The notes: a model not told the origin generated them from the letters alone. DNA of 64,000 nucleotides from Amoebidium appalachense (GCA_963693365.1 CAVNZM010000004.1:141948-205947), one strand, 5' to 3'; shown: positions 29,678-42,980, numbered from the stretch's first letter. Translations and numbers: made by a program.

Positions 29678-31021
29678 CCCTCCCCCCCCCCCCCACACAC
29701 ACACAGTGTTATTTTGCATACTCGGCCTTGTGTTGGCCATCGTAAATGCTCTAGTGATGGACTCCCCCCCCCCCCCCCCCACACATCTTCACCGTTTTGC
29801 TCACCTTGCTTGCATAAGCAACCCTGCTCGTCTTTGATCAAGACGGGTTGACCCACCCAAGTTCAGTTGATGCTGCTGTCTGAGTTGGAGCGTCGTATAT
29901 ACGCGGGCTAAGGGGTCGAAACTCAGACGCAATTGATGACTTGGGCCCTCCCTGAGGATGGGCTCTGCTTATGACGCATACTGTGCGCATGGCTGATGCT
30001 GCATACTTGAATGTTTGCCTTTGCATGTGTCCTGCATCATGCTTCTCATCGTCTATGCGTACTTCGTACTGTGTTCCGCATTCAAACCCCCCCCCCCCCC
30101 CCCCCCCGTTACGCGCACGCATGCACACACCGCTCTGTTGGCGACAGCTCCCTTGGAACCCATGCGGCATGTTACCCGCCGGCGTAACATAACTCGGACT
30201 ATCGGTTCGGCTTTTTTCAAGTCCAAAGCAATGGGTGATAACATATTTCCGGCTGACATCCGGGGGCATAGCTTTCCGTTCGAAGACGATAAAGTTCTGC
30301 CCTAGTAAGCGTGTTACTACCCTGCGGCGTGGGTCAAATCTCATATTTTCCCCTCTGATTGCGAATTCTGCGGCCTTCGGGACTTAATTCTTTTCAGCTG
30401 GTGTAGTATGTTAGCCAGGGAAGTATCGACTTAGGTATCGACGATGGAGCTTCCTAGAAGCCCCGTCTCCTGAGTTCCTATCTATATTTTTCTTGCTTCT
30501 GCTTACTGCTGCAACTTTAACCCCCGGCCTTTCCCACTGCCCTTGCCTGCATAAGCAACCCTGCTCGTCTCTGATCAAGACGGGTGACCTACCCATGTTC
30601 AAGTGAAACAGTATCTGAGTTGGGTTTCGTTAACGAGGTGAATAGGTCGAAACTCGGGTACTGTGGATGACGTGGGCCCCCCCTGAGGATGGGCTCTGCT
30701 TATTATGCATTTATGTATGTCTTGCATTCTGCATCGTGTTATCCGTTTGTTCTTGTGTACTTCGTACTTTTTGACGCATTCAAACCCCCCCCCCCCCCCC
30801 TCTCCCTCCCACCCTTTTTTCCCAGCCCTATTGCACATGTATGCTCAGTGTGGTAGCTTTTCATGCGAAAGATACCTCTCCCCCCTCCCCCCCTCCCTCC
30901 ACCTTCCCCAAGAGGATGGGCTCGGCTGTTTATGCATACTTTTTATATATGGTTTGTGATCAGCATTCTGTTGTCGGTCATGAATGTGTACTTCATACAC
31001 TATATGACCCATTCTAGCCCG

Positions 31022-31052
<31 letters not shown>

Positions 31053-31550
31053 TCTCCCCTTGTATCCCCATGTGGCCGTTGAGTCTAATGTGTGTTCTCT
31101 CCACTGTGATGTTTGTTTCTTTTCTTTTCTCTTACACCCACCTTTGATATTGTGTGCAACACCTTGGCCCCCACCTGATCCCAACCCAACCGTCCTTCTG
31201 TACCAGGGTCTGATGCACAGGCTCACACATACACATGATCACGTATGCCGTGGTATGCAACCCACATTGTCACCGAGCACATGCACACACGCCTGCCGTA
31301 CTCGGCACACAGTACTCCTCCCTCCCCTCTCTGCCGCCCCAAAGCTGGGACCCTCATACACTGAGCCCTTTTTTATGGTGCATCGGTGCTGTAATCCACC
31401 TTAACCACATAGGAGTGCGCTTGAACTTTTGACAGCGTGCAGGCACACCCTATTCTTCGGATATTCATTTCTGTACCTGCCTTTGCCCCCACTGGCAGCA
31501 CAGATGTCATGCATTATCGCATACCTTGGGCACAGAGGAGTTTGCCCCCC

Positions 31551-31585
<35 letters not shown>

Positions 31586-32674
31586 ACCCACCACACACAC
31601 ACTAATATTGTGCTGCAGGAGCTTGCACGGCACACGCCGGACAGCCATGCCGACAAGGCGGCGCTGCTGCAGGCCGTGGGGGAGTACACGCGCATGGTGG
31701 GGGCAGTGGACAACATGCGGCGGCTCAAGGACTTTGAGCGCACCCTGGCTGGGGCCGAGCTGGAGGGTTTGACCCAGGCACAGCTGCTGGGCCTGGGGGA
31801 CCTGGAGTACTACACCACTGTGCTGGCTAGGGGCAGGGACGGCAGCCTCAAGGAGCGGGTGCTGTGCCTCTACAGAGACGCCCTACTGGTCTTCAACCGC
31901 ACCCTGCGCTCGGGCCAGCGCGCCGTGTTCCGGCTCAAGGACAAGTACGGGCTGGGGGGGCTGGTGGTGTCTTTGGTGGAGGACAGCGAGGAGGGGGAGC
32001 ACGTGTTCAGCATGGGCACGGACAAGAAGACCCTGCTGCTGGCCCTGGCCCACTCGGCAGCTGACAGGGACGAGGCCATCAGCGCCCTGCAGCTGGCCAC
32101 AGAGCAGGCCGGCCGGCAGGCGGGGGCGGGCAAGAAGAGCCTCACGCAGCGCATCAACCAGACCCTGGACCGCACCCTGGACTACCTGACCAAGCAGGGC
32201 CCAGACCAGAGCCCCACGCCCCGGCACAAGCCACCGCCCATCCAGCGCAGCCACAGCAGCAGCGACCAGCACCAGGGCCCCATGCAGAGCCCCAGTGCCC
32301 CGGCCCTGCACCCCGTGCCCTCGATGCAGCGCCGCAGCCGCTCCATCGACACCAGCGCCCAGGACCCCACGGCCTCACACAGGCCCAGCGACAGCACAGA
32401 CAAGACTCTGGCCCCGGCACAGCCCCCGGCCCGGCCAGCAAGTGGGGGTGGGCCAGCAGCCACACTGTGCACAGACAGCAAGCCGGCCGTGTTTACACCG
32501 TCAAAGGGGCTGGACGAGGGCAGTGAGCTGGCCAAGATGTTCGGTGTGGTCAGTGATCTGCAGCGGCAGATCAAGACCCTCAAGGCAGACTTGGACGACA
32601 CTAGGGCACGACTGGACGAGGAGCAGAGGGCACGCAGGGCACTGGAGGAGTGGATTCACACCCGCCTCAAGTAG
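27134..32674 (+). CDS. PIX/COOL-family RhoGEF (ARHGEF6/7-like): CH-SH3-DH-PH-coiled coil; two exons 27134-28279 and 31619-32674
   Basis: CH: LQDGIVLCEALNALQPNAI...ENLENFV. SH3: AIALYAYAGTKSDELSFSEG..EGWWEGRIGDMFGWFPTPYV. DH: VINEIVESEYNF...PIERVKKYPVLLK|ELARHTPDSHADK. PH: ERVLCLYRDALLV. The C-terminal LDEEQRARRALEE matches the beta-PIX trimerisation coil (LEEEQRARKDLE). In-frame GT-AG junction. Confidence 0.92.
29813..29973 (+). ncRNA. Structured RNA motif, copy A (unclassified; intronic, sense)
   Basis: Closing stem ataagca/tgcttat; hairpin gctcgtct-TTGATCA-agacgggt; pseudoknot gaccc/gggtc; long stem cccaagt..tgtctgagt/actcagac..acttggg. Pairings covary with copies B and C. Confidence 0.55.
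30146..30451 (+). ncRNA. Putative multibranch structured RNA between motif copies A and B
   Basis: Nested helices agctcc/ggagct, acccatgc/gcaatgggt, atgttac/gtaacat, ggact/agtcc, taacat/gtgtta, gggca/tgccc and gaatt/aattc, with a cTTCGg tetraloop. Single copy, so no covariation evidence. Confidence 0.35.
30486..30787 (+). repeat. ~300-bp interspersed element carrying the structured motif (copy B; core 30551-30703)
   Basis: Near-identical to the reverse complement of 43870-44176, and homologous to copy A, including the 3' gtacttcgtac...gcattcaaac-polyC tail. A degenerate 3' partial copy lies at 30911-31020. Confidence 0.85.
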
Positions 32675-32845
32675 CCTTTATTCTTTGTTGTAAACACATT
32701 CGTGCCTAACACGTTACTTGCATACGTGCATACATATGAGGTGCGTTGGCTGGGTCAGGTCCACATGGACGTTGCATGGCCAATTACAGTGACGCCAGCA
32801 CGGCATCCAGCTCTTTGGCGGTGTCTGGGGGCCAAAACGCATGAG

Positions 32846-32874
32846 TCACACTGCCCACCCACACCACCCCACCC

Positions 32875-32920
<46 letters not shown>

Positions 32921-33453
32921 CATGCACGCACCCCGTATGGCCTTAGTTGTGCAGCCCTTGACAACCATGTCTGCGCCCTGCTTTGCTCTGCCCTTGATGT
33001 CAGCTGGCAGGGTGGCCAGCCACTCATTCAGGCGGCTGCGGATGTGTGCAGCCTTGAGGGCAAAGTGCTGCCTGGCCACCTCCCCAAACACCTGCCCCTC
33101 AGCGTCAGCATGCAGGCCCATAGTGCCCAGCCCTGGTGTGCATGCACATGTGTGGGCTGTGGCAGGGAGACACGGGGGGGGGGGGGGGGGGGGGGGGGGG
33201 GCATACACTGGGGGGGTTCTTGATGTGGTCCAGCATGGCGTAGCGCATGGTGGCATAGCGCACGGCCTGGCTGTAGCCCCGGGCCTCCTCGCTGTGCCCG
33301 TGGTGCTCAAAGCCCTGCAGCCCACCATGCACACGTCAACTGCGTGTGTGGGTGTGTGAAGTGTGTGTGCATGTGTGATCATGCTTTGTGTAAAACTTTA
33401 TCTTTGATTTTTTTGGGTGGAACCGTGGTGGTGGTGGTTGCTGGTGGGGTGGT

Positions 33454-33545
<92 letters not shown>

Positions 33546-34208
33546 GGGGGGGAGGGCACTGGGTGGCGCAAATAAGCGAAGTGTGAGCCCTTTTATGCGT
33601 TTCTATGCAGGTGCGCTAGCATGCAACCGTAGCAGAATGAGTAGAATGGTGCCATGGTTGGACCCAACACCCAACCACATATGGGGGAAGCACACGAAAA
33701 GGGCCGTGCCCTATACACCGCTTAGCAGCCCTTCGAACTGTGTACTGCATTCGTTCACTGATAAAAGCAAGCTAGACGAACCTACGTTCATGTTAGTGTC
33801 CCTAAGACAAATAAGTGTGGGTGGGACGGGGTGCGGGGTGGTGGGTGGGGGGATGGGGTGGGGGTTCACGTACAGGCTCGTTTGAGTAGGGCTGGTCGAC
33901 CATGATGAGACTCTGGATGGAGATCAGCACCTGCAGCAGTGTAGACGTGCCTGCACTCCAGCCTGTGTGTGTGTGTGTGTGTGTTTGTGTTTGTGTGTGT
34001 GTCCGGGGGGGGAAGGGGGGGGGGGGGTTGGTTAGAGAAGTACGAATGGGCAAACCCTGTAAGTTGGACGGTTGTAGTGTGTGCGCGCGAAAAGAGGGAA
34101 TGGGGTGAGGTTCACAAAGGTTAATCGAGAGCTGAGAGGCACCAAGATGTTCCGTTGGCACAGTGAATGTGCAGCCAGGTTTGCAGAGCTGATGCGTCAC
34201 CGTTTGTA

Positions 34209-34242
<34 letters not shown>

Positions 34243-35163
34243 CGTGTGTGTGCGTGTGTGGGTTTAGGGTGGGGGGAGGGGGGGGCGGATTGGGGGTGGG
34301 GAGGGGGAGAGGGGGGGGGGGGGGGGGGGGGAGGGCAGGGGAGGAAGATGGGGGCCGGGGAGGTGGGGTACGGACCTGGGCCGCTCCAAGTGCCTAGCAG
34401 AGACAGGCAGACCTTGCCACAGTTGTCTGCAAGACAAGGGGTCAGCGTGGAACCACATGGCCACAGGGGCCAATATCACGTGTGGGTGCATGCATGTGCG
34501 TGTGTGGATTTCCTTAGCATTTCCTGTTGTATCTCGGTTTAGATGTGTGTGTGCGGGCCTCTATGGTGTTTGAGGAAACCATACGGGTAGGCACCCATGG
34601 GGGAAGGGGGGCGAGGGGGGGGGTTGGGGGGGGATGTTCGCAGCTACTGATGTGAGCCCGTGTGTGTATTTAGGAGGCAATGTGCATCAGCGGGGCATGC
34701 ATGCATGAACCCGTCCAGGACATCAGCACAGCATGTGTGCACACATCTCATGAGCCACCGTGGTGTCTTGTGGCCACTTACACAGGTTGGGGTTGAACCG
34801 CACGGCCCCTCTGCCCCTGTGGCCGCACCGTGTCAGCAGGCCATATAAGGCAAGGGCAGCATGCAGGGGGCACCCACGTGGTGACCAGGCTCACGTGGGG
34901 GGGCACATTGGGGTAGCTGGCCGGCAGGTGGATGTCGAACTCAAACAGCCCATCCTCGTATGGCGTGTCCGGTGGACCCACCACTAGTGCCTGCATCCCA
35001 ATATGTATGGTCGGTGCAATGCTCACAATTGCTAAAGAAGTGTACAAGCGCACAAATGTACATCACACTCAGCACACGCACATCGATACACATGCACCCA
35101 CTCGCACACGTACTTGACCCCACCCACCCCCACACGCACGCCCACACAATATTCTGATATCAG

Positions 35164-35213
<50 letters not shown>

Positions 35214-35276
35214 TTCACCCACTGACACACACACACACACGTACGCGAGCGCGAACACATGCACACACGCGCACGT

Positions 35277-35314
<38 letters not shown>

Positions 35315-38300
35315 AAAGACACACATACACACACAGATTCGCACATACACACACACATACACGCACCCACACCTAAAGACACACACACACACACAGATTC
35401 GCACACACACACACATACACACACATACACACACACATACACGCACCCACACCCAACGACACACACACACACAGATTCGCACACACACACACACACACAC
35501 ACACAGATTCGCACACACACACACACACACACACACACCCACACCCAAAAACACACACACGCAGATTCGCACACACAAGCACACACACATGCCTTACTCA
35601 ACAATCCACAAAGAGCACACATTACCTGCTCGCACAAGTCCTCCCCACACATCCACACAGACGTCCATTCACACTGACATACACACACGATGACATGCAC
35701 TTACTCGCACACACACGCACTTACACATGAGCATATGCGCACGTGCAATCACCCATCCATGCACACACTTTCAGATTCATACAAGTACACGCCAACCAAC
35801 TCACGCATACACACACAAAACATGCCGCACAGTTCAACACATGCACACACATGCACACACGGGCAGTCACCTTCAGCACGTCCATGCGTGACTCGTCGAC
35901 CCTCACAAAGATCGTTGAGTCGTAGGCCAGCGGCAGGCTGGTGGCCAGGGACGATACCTCCTTGCTCACCCTGCATGGTGCATTAGTGCCCCGCTCAAAC
36001 CACACACACCCCTCACACCATGCAAACCACAGACAAACCTTACATCCATGCAAATCACACACACCCCTACTGTGCCCATCTAAACCACACAACACTTGAC
36101 CCCCAACCCGCACATGTAACCAAGCCACACATACCTGATGAGCAGGCCGGAAGGCGTGTCTTTGCTCAGCTCTGTAGGGAAGCTGTCAGCATACGACTTC
36201 CATGGGCACTTCTGTGCGCACCCTCTCCCCTGCATTATGCAGGCCGAAGCAAACCCTGCAGCACGGTGTGCATGCTGGTGCGGTGCATGGGTGCGCATGT
36301 CTGGCACGTGCATGCATGGGCATACCCTTGTGGTAGGTGTACTGGCCACTGCAGATGTCAGCCTGCTCCAGCCTCTTGTCCCTCATGGCCTCACAGTAGC
36401 GCCGTGCTGCTGCTTCCTCCCCGTCCCCCTCCCCCTCACTGCCCTCACTCTCCTCCCCCTCCACATCCCTGCCCCGCTTGTGGATGCCTGGTCCACATGT
36501 GCCCCGTCAGCAAGATCCAGCACACCTGCAGCGCTGACATGCCACGTGGCACCATATAGCCACACAGTATCCTCCTCCCCCTTCTCCCCTGCACCCTTCC
36601 CACACACAAGCGGAAAAAAAGGTGCAGAGGAAAAAAAAGTAAGGAAAAGAGCAGAAGGGGAAGACTTCCACACACACACGTAGTAGAAGCCATGGCAGCC
36701 CCATGCAACACATGCCATGGCGCAATGTGCACACACCTATGCCGAGCAGGGGTGCATTTTCAGCCAGGGCGCAGACCATGTCGTGTGTCTCACTGATCTC
36801 CAGCCCCATGGCCAGCGCACACGTGGCCGTCTCGTCCTCCACGTGGCTGAGCTGCAGCAGGCAGTGAGTCGTGGCCCTGTGGGAGTGTGCCCATGCAACA
36901 AACGTGGGGTGCGGTGGGGCGGGGTGGTGGTGAGGGGAGGGGAGGGGGAGGGGGGAGGGGGGGGGGGGGGGGTATTAATTACCTGACCACCTGTGAGGAA
37001 CTTTGCCTGCATGTGCAGGTCACGCAGACACTGTAGAATGCTGCGGCTGGGCCCCTCCTCGTCCTCACCCACCTCTGCACTCGCACACGTCAGCACGTGC
37101 TGCAGTGTCACGGTGTGCTGGCTGAGCCACCACGCATGCACATGGTGGCCACCAAGGGAGGGCATGTGCTCACCTGTGACTATGATGTAGGCCTGGGCCC
37201 CACACACGTCAGCCAGGTCAGCAAGCGTCAGCACCCTGCCTCCCACCCAATACCTACCAGGTCGGGGTGTGCAGCCAGCCGCTTGGTCAGCAGCAGCCCC
37301 TGCAGGTACAGCCCGTCCCGTGTGGCTGCATGCACAGGTCAGCAAATTGTCTGCACAAAACATGCAGACACCATACATGCAGCCACCATACATGCAGCCA
37401 CCATGCATCCAGCCACCATACATCCAGCCACCATGCACCCACACATCAACCATACATCCAGCCACCATGCACCCACACATCAACCATACATCCAGCCACC
37501 ATGCACCCACACATCAACCATACATCCAGCCACCATGCACCCACACATCAACCATACATCCAGCCACCATGCACCCACACATCAACCATACATCCAGCCA
37601 CCATGCACCCATACAGCCACCATGCACCCATACAGCCACCATGCACCCACACAGCCACCATGCACCCACAGAGCCACCATGCACCCATACAGCCACCATG
37701 CACCCACACAGCCACCATGCACCCATACAGCCACCATGCACCCATACAGCCACCATGCACGCATCCAGCCACCATGCACCCACACATCCACATGCCCTTA
37801 CCTATGTCCATGATGGCGTCATTTGTGAACAGTGTGGCCAGCACCTGCTGCAGGGTTGCCGCCTGGCGGTGGAACACGGGCAGCCACACAAAGTCCGTGG
37901 CCTGCATGCTGCCCTCGTTGTCCCTGCACCACACCCAGCCGTAAGTTGGCTTTCAGAACACCCTAAAATGAAAAAGGGGAGCGTGGGGCGGATGTAGGGC
38001 ACGAAGGGAAAAGGAATGGGGGTGAGGGAGAGCAGGGCAGGACGTACAGGAATGCAGGGATGGCCTGGCACACGGCCCTGAGTGCTTCAGTCAGGGTGGC
38101 ATCACGTTGCTGCTGCTGTTGCTGTGGCCACGAGTCAGCTGGGATCCTGCAGCACCTGCATTGCTGCAGAACACAACCCCCCCCACCCCCCCCCCTCTCT
38201 CGCCCCCCCCCTCTCTCTCGGCTTACACCCCCCCCCTGCCCATTCTCCCCCCCCCATATATATATGTATATCTTTTCTTTACACCCACGCAAACACGCAC

Positions 38301-38454
38301 CCGTCCACTTATGGACGCACACATGCCCACACGATGCATGCATGCATGCATACACGCATGTGCGGACACACACAAGCCCACGTCGACGCTCACGCCCATG
38401 CTAACGCACAGGCACAGGCACAGGCACAGGCACACACACACACACACAGACACA

Positions 38455-38519
<65 letters not shown>

Positions 38520-39603
38520 GCACCTTGATGGAGTCCAGCACCTTCTGGTTGATCTTGTCGTTAGCCTGCCCGCCATAACCCGTGCCCCTGCCCTTGCTCT
38601 TGCTGCTCTTCTTGCGTCCCCGCACCTTGGCCTGCCCCCCCAACCATCAGCACCCTGTCCCCCCCCCCCCCTCCCCTGTATGCACGCACCACCACGTCAT
38701 CCATCTGGCCCCAGGCCTCCACCAGCTGGTCCAGTGCATCCACAGCCTGAAGGGTGGCCTGACGCTGGCAGCACACCTGTGGGGGTATTTGGGGGGGGGG
38801 GGGGGGGGAGGAGGAGAGGTGTCGGCCATCGGTGTTGTTGCTTGGTGTACCGGACAGAACAAGCTGAAGAGAGTGCCGAGTGCAGGCAAGAAAGCAAAAT
38901 GGAGAGAATGAGGGGGAGGAGAGCCACCATGGAGGGGGGAGAAGGGGGGGGGTGGTTGTGGACACTGCAGGGCACACATCCACAGCAAGAAGCATGCATG
39001 CAGCAGCACGGGGCCGTTACCTGGCCACGGTCTATGGGCAAGGTGCAGGCCGGGCAGTATGTGGTGCCGCACTTGCCACACCGCACCTGCTGGGCACCCT
39101 GCCACCGGGGTCCTGCCCCCCCACGGCCCTTGCTCCCTCTGCATGTCCCATTAGCAGCTGCCACAGCCAACCACGGTGCCCTCCCCCCCCCCCCGAGGGA
39201 CCCCCACAGCCTTGGGCACACCTCGGGCAGCCCACCTGCATGCCGGGCACAATGGGGGCTGTGCCCTGAGGGCGGCATCTATCCAGGCCACCACGTGGCC
39301 CAGCAGCTCTGATGATTGGCTGCTGCCCAGCCCCTCAGCTATGTCCCGCCACCTTAGCCCCTGCCATACATGGTTAGCCATGCGTGTGTTTAAATGGTAT
39401 TGCACAGGGACACACCCACCTGGCCACAGCCCTCCACGGGGCAGCCAGGACACAGGGCCGCCAGATTGTAGTCCTCCTTGCCCCTGCACATCACCTCGTC
39501 AGCATAGGCTATGCCTGCTACATTTTATGATTATTATCATACTGCCTTGATTTATACCCTGTCATTTTTTATTTCATTAATTTCTTTTGGTTGGTGGTGA
39601 GGG

Positions 39604-39641
<38 letters not shown>

Positions 39642-41310
39642 GGGGGGGGGAGGAAGGAAGGGGGAGTTGATGATGAGGTTTTGTGTAATAGCAGAAGAGA
39701 CACATTGCATTTGGCCATGGCCACAATATCAAGAGGGCAGGCGCAGTGGCTGTTTGGTGCTTTCTTCCGGTGCTTCTAGTCGTTTTATGCGAAAGCAGGA
39801 GGCAAGAGAGTGGGGCTTCTACTGTTTTGTATTGTGTGCATGCGCATATATGAACCCGTACCTTGGCTGTGTGTCGGCCACGACCGCCTGACACAGTGCC
39901 TGCAGACATGCACGGCACAGGCGGTGGCCACAGCCATACAGCGACACCGTCTGGCCCACCGGGCACACCGCCCTACAACTGCCAACACCACACTCTACTA
40001 GTGCCTCGGGCCCTGTGTCTGCACCCCCAAGATATCAGCACCTTGGGGAGGAGTAATGTGATGTTCTCCCAGAGGTGGGAGCTTGCCAAGCATGGAGGGT
40101 GGCTATGGCAACTGGAGTCGGCAGGTGTGGCCGTAAAAGGGGTGGAATGAGGGGGGGGGGGGGAGGGGGGGGGGGGGGGGGGGGGGAGGGGAGGATCTAA
40201 TACATCAGAGATTACGAATACCCGCACTACAGGCATGGCCCAGGCAAGGCCACGTGCACGTGCAGGGCAAAGCAAGGACAGGGTACCTTCATCGACCCTG
40301 CGTCTCTTCTGCGGCAGTGGTTTGGCGGGGGACTCCTCATCCAGCACCACCACGGTCTCTGCCTTGCGCTTGCGCTCCTTCTTGGGCGGTGAGTCTACTA
40401 TCTCCACCACGTCCTCCCCACCCCCACAGCCAGACGCATGTGCCTCGATGGCTGCAACCGCAAACTCTTTGTTGCACAGTGGACACGCTACCGTGTCTGT
40501 GTTGTCTGCTTCAGCCTGTGGGTGCCCGGGGGGGGGGGGGGGGGGGGGGGGAGGGGAGACAGGGCAGGGTTAATTACGCTTTTCGAGAAAGGCTGTCGAA
40601 CCTTTAGATTGCTGAAATAGTGTTTGTCGGCTGGCAGGGAAAAGGTTACAAGGTATGGGTCAGGTAAGGTGGAGGTGGAGGGAGAGGGGGGGGGGGGGGA
40701 CTGGGCATAATCGAGAGAGCACGGATTGGTTATGGGCGGAGGAGGGCCGGTGATAAGGTTGAAGGGGGGGGGGGTTATCCTTTCTTCACCTTCTCATTTT
40801 CTTTTTCGGGTTTTATTTACTTATTTATTATTTTTGGAGTGGAGGGGGGAGGGGGGGCGGGGGGTTAAGGTACAGCTTTTGAAGCAAGGGTCTATAGTGT
40901 TGCTGTACCCTTGGTTTATACGGATCGCTGTGCATGGCTGACACATGGGCATTAACAGGTATTGTGTGTCTATTCCCAACAAACACGTGAAATAACCACA
41001 TGCACACGCTTCCAAATTTGCAATTGCTCTTTGATGGATAAGGCCCAGAAAGTAGCAACTGGTTGAGGAGGTCGAACAAAACTTTCAGGCACCGATTGAG
41101 AAACTTAGAAAGAATGGTCGCTAAGCGGGAAACCCCGTCTTCGATAAAGTATACGGTCAAAGGACAGGAGTGAAATGGATGCTTGCCAGTCCAAGAGGGA
41201 GGTGCAGCAGCAAGCAGATCTAAAAGACAGGTGTGTGTGTGTGTGTGTGTGTGTGCGTGTGTGTGTGTTGTGTGTGTGTGTGTGTGTGTGTGTGTGAGTG
41301 CGTGAGTGCG

Positions 41311-41378
<68 letters not shown>

Positions 41379-41962
41379 TGTGTGTTTGAGTGTGTGTGTG
41401 CGTGTGTGGGTGTGTGTGTATGTGGGTGTGTGTGTGTGTGTGTGCATCCCTCATTGTGGCAGAACGGAAGGTCATAAATAACCACGTGGTGCATAAGCTA
41501 CAACACTCACTAACGCTGAGAGTAAGAGGGGGAAAGGGTTTCGCTGTAGCTGTCTTCCTGGTGTCAGCTCAGCACAAAACCTGGGCCCTTCATACCGTTG
41601 TACTGGCCAAGCAGGTCCCAACAATCACCAATCAGTAAACGTCAAGCATTCATTAGGGGAATTATGCGCTTTCCTTCCATAATGGCATAATAATGCAAGC
41701 GTTTTATTTGAATTGAGCGGCTCAGAGGTATGCAAGAGCAAAATTGGGTAATAAGGACCACTAAGTGCAAGGAAGCTGGGCAAGTACGAGTTAGGAGGCA
41801 GGCACAGACAGGGGTGGGGTGGAATGGAAGGAAGCGGGCTAGAGAATTAAATACATCATTTTGCCCGGCCTGCTCTTCATCACCCCCCGTGCAGGCGCTG
41901 GCATGGTCCTCTATCTCGTCATCAGGGTATGCCCGCCCACAAAGTGGACAGTCCACCGTCAT
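32846..41962 (-). CDS. BIRC6/UBE2Z-like ubiquitin-conjugating enzyme with two N-terminal UBZ4-type zinc fingers and a Cys-rich (IBR/RING-like) region; multi-exon
   Basis: [24 protein letters not shown] and [22 protein letters not shown] (CxxC-x12-HxxxC). [17 protein letters not shown] motif. UBC core: [14 protein letters not shown]|[31 protein letters not shown]|..VRFNPNL|.[15 protein letters not shown]|..[24 protein letters not shown]|GFE, with the catalytic Cys intact. Middle exon boundaries are approximate. Confidence 0.85.
37370..37790. repeat. Intronic minisatellite (cagccaccatgcaccca.., 19-bp and ~35-bp units)
   Basis: Seen directly. Confidence 0.9.
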
Positions 41963-42980
41963 GGTTGCTTGTAGCGCCTGCTCTCATCCACCCAGGCACT
42001 TTGCCTTTTATGGCATCCAATAGGAGTTTTTCTGTGTGTTATCCGCTACATATAGCTACTATTAATAAATAGCTACACTTCCTCTTCTTCCTATCCACTG
42101 CTACACAGCTGTCACACCTGGCCCCGCTTGACACTTTCTGGCCGGAAGGGTTTTGCAACACGATCATGAGTTCGTGACTCTCAGCTGCAGGGTCTCGAAC
42201 TCTCAAGTTGCGGGAACCGTTGCGGCACCCTGCTCGATCTGGCTCACGGCAGTGCAATCTGGTTGGCTACAAAAACAAGCAGCCAATCACCATGCGCTAT
42301 TTGCCCGCCAAAATGTTTGCGCAAACCCTGACTAACTTGCTATGTTTTTTTTGTAGTCTGAAACAAAAAAAAAATTCCTAAAACAGTGTGGACCACTATG
42401 TACCCTCCGTGTGCGTGCATGGCTAATAAATAGAAACATAGTTGATTTAATCGTGGCTATTCTTCTTGAGGTTACAAACTCAGGACCTGCAGCAGTAAAT
42501 CTAGATAATCAGGACCACGCAGTTAACATAATGTGCGCGAGTTGAAAAGTAGCACTTCATGGCCTGGCCAAAAACTTATGTTCAGTTCAAGAAGGTCGTG
42601 GTACTATTCCCTCTAGATAGCTAATTAGCCATGCTTACGAGGCACACATACACCACAGGCTTTGATGCAGTAGGAACGAACGAAGCTTATGAAATAAAAC
42701 AAATTCGCAACTGTTACAGCAGCACCCGGGCAGTGCAACTATGCTGCCATAGACCACCATGGCCAGATACGGGTACACGTGCAAGTCCGTACAATCAGAA
42801 GAGTGTGCACACAGGGCACACCGCACTTTACTAGTGTTGGCTCACAGCCCGGACGCAACTCCGAACGTGCAGGCTGGTGGCATTAGCGGGCAAACATACG
42901 TCCAATAGATAATCGTTCACGGTTACTATATAAGGCAACAAGATATGCTCGGCCAATCATCATGGGGCGCAGGCAGAGGC

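Noticed and set aside
29925-29957. C/D box snoRNA (TGATGA...CTGA)
   Set aside because: The boxes are only ~12 nt apart, box C is not conserved in copies B and C, and it lies within a helix.
30278-30290. 18S rRNA fragment (gttcgaagacgat)
   Set aside because: Only a 13-nt match, and the flanks do not resemble rRNA.
29813-30703. Hammerhead ribozyme (GAAAC, GUU and CUGAGGA are present)
   Set aside because: The core elements are not in a compatible order and no stem II links CUGAGGA to GAAA.
41005-41230. Exon-like unique block in the first intron of the E2 gene
   Set aside because: No recognisable motif, and neither strand nor frame can be established.
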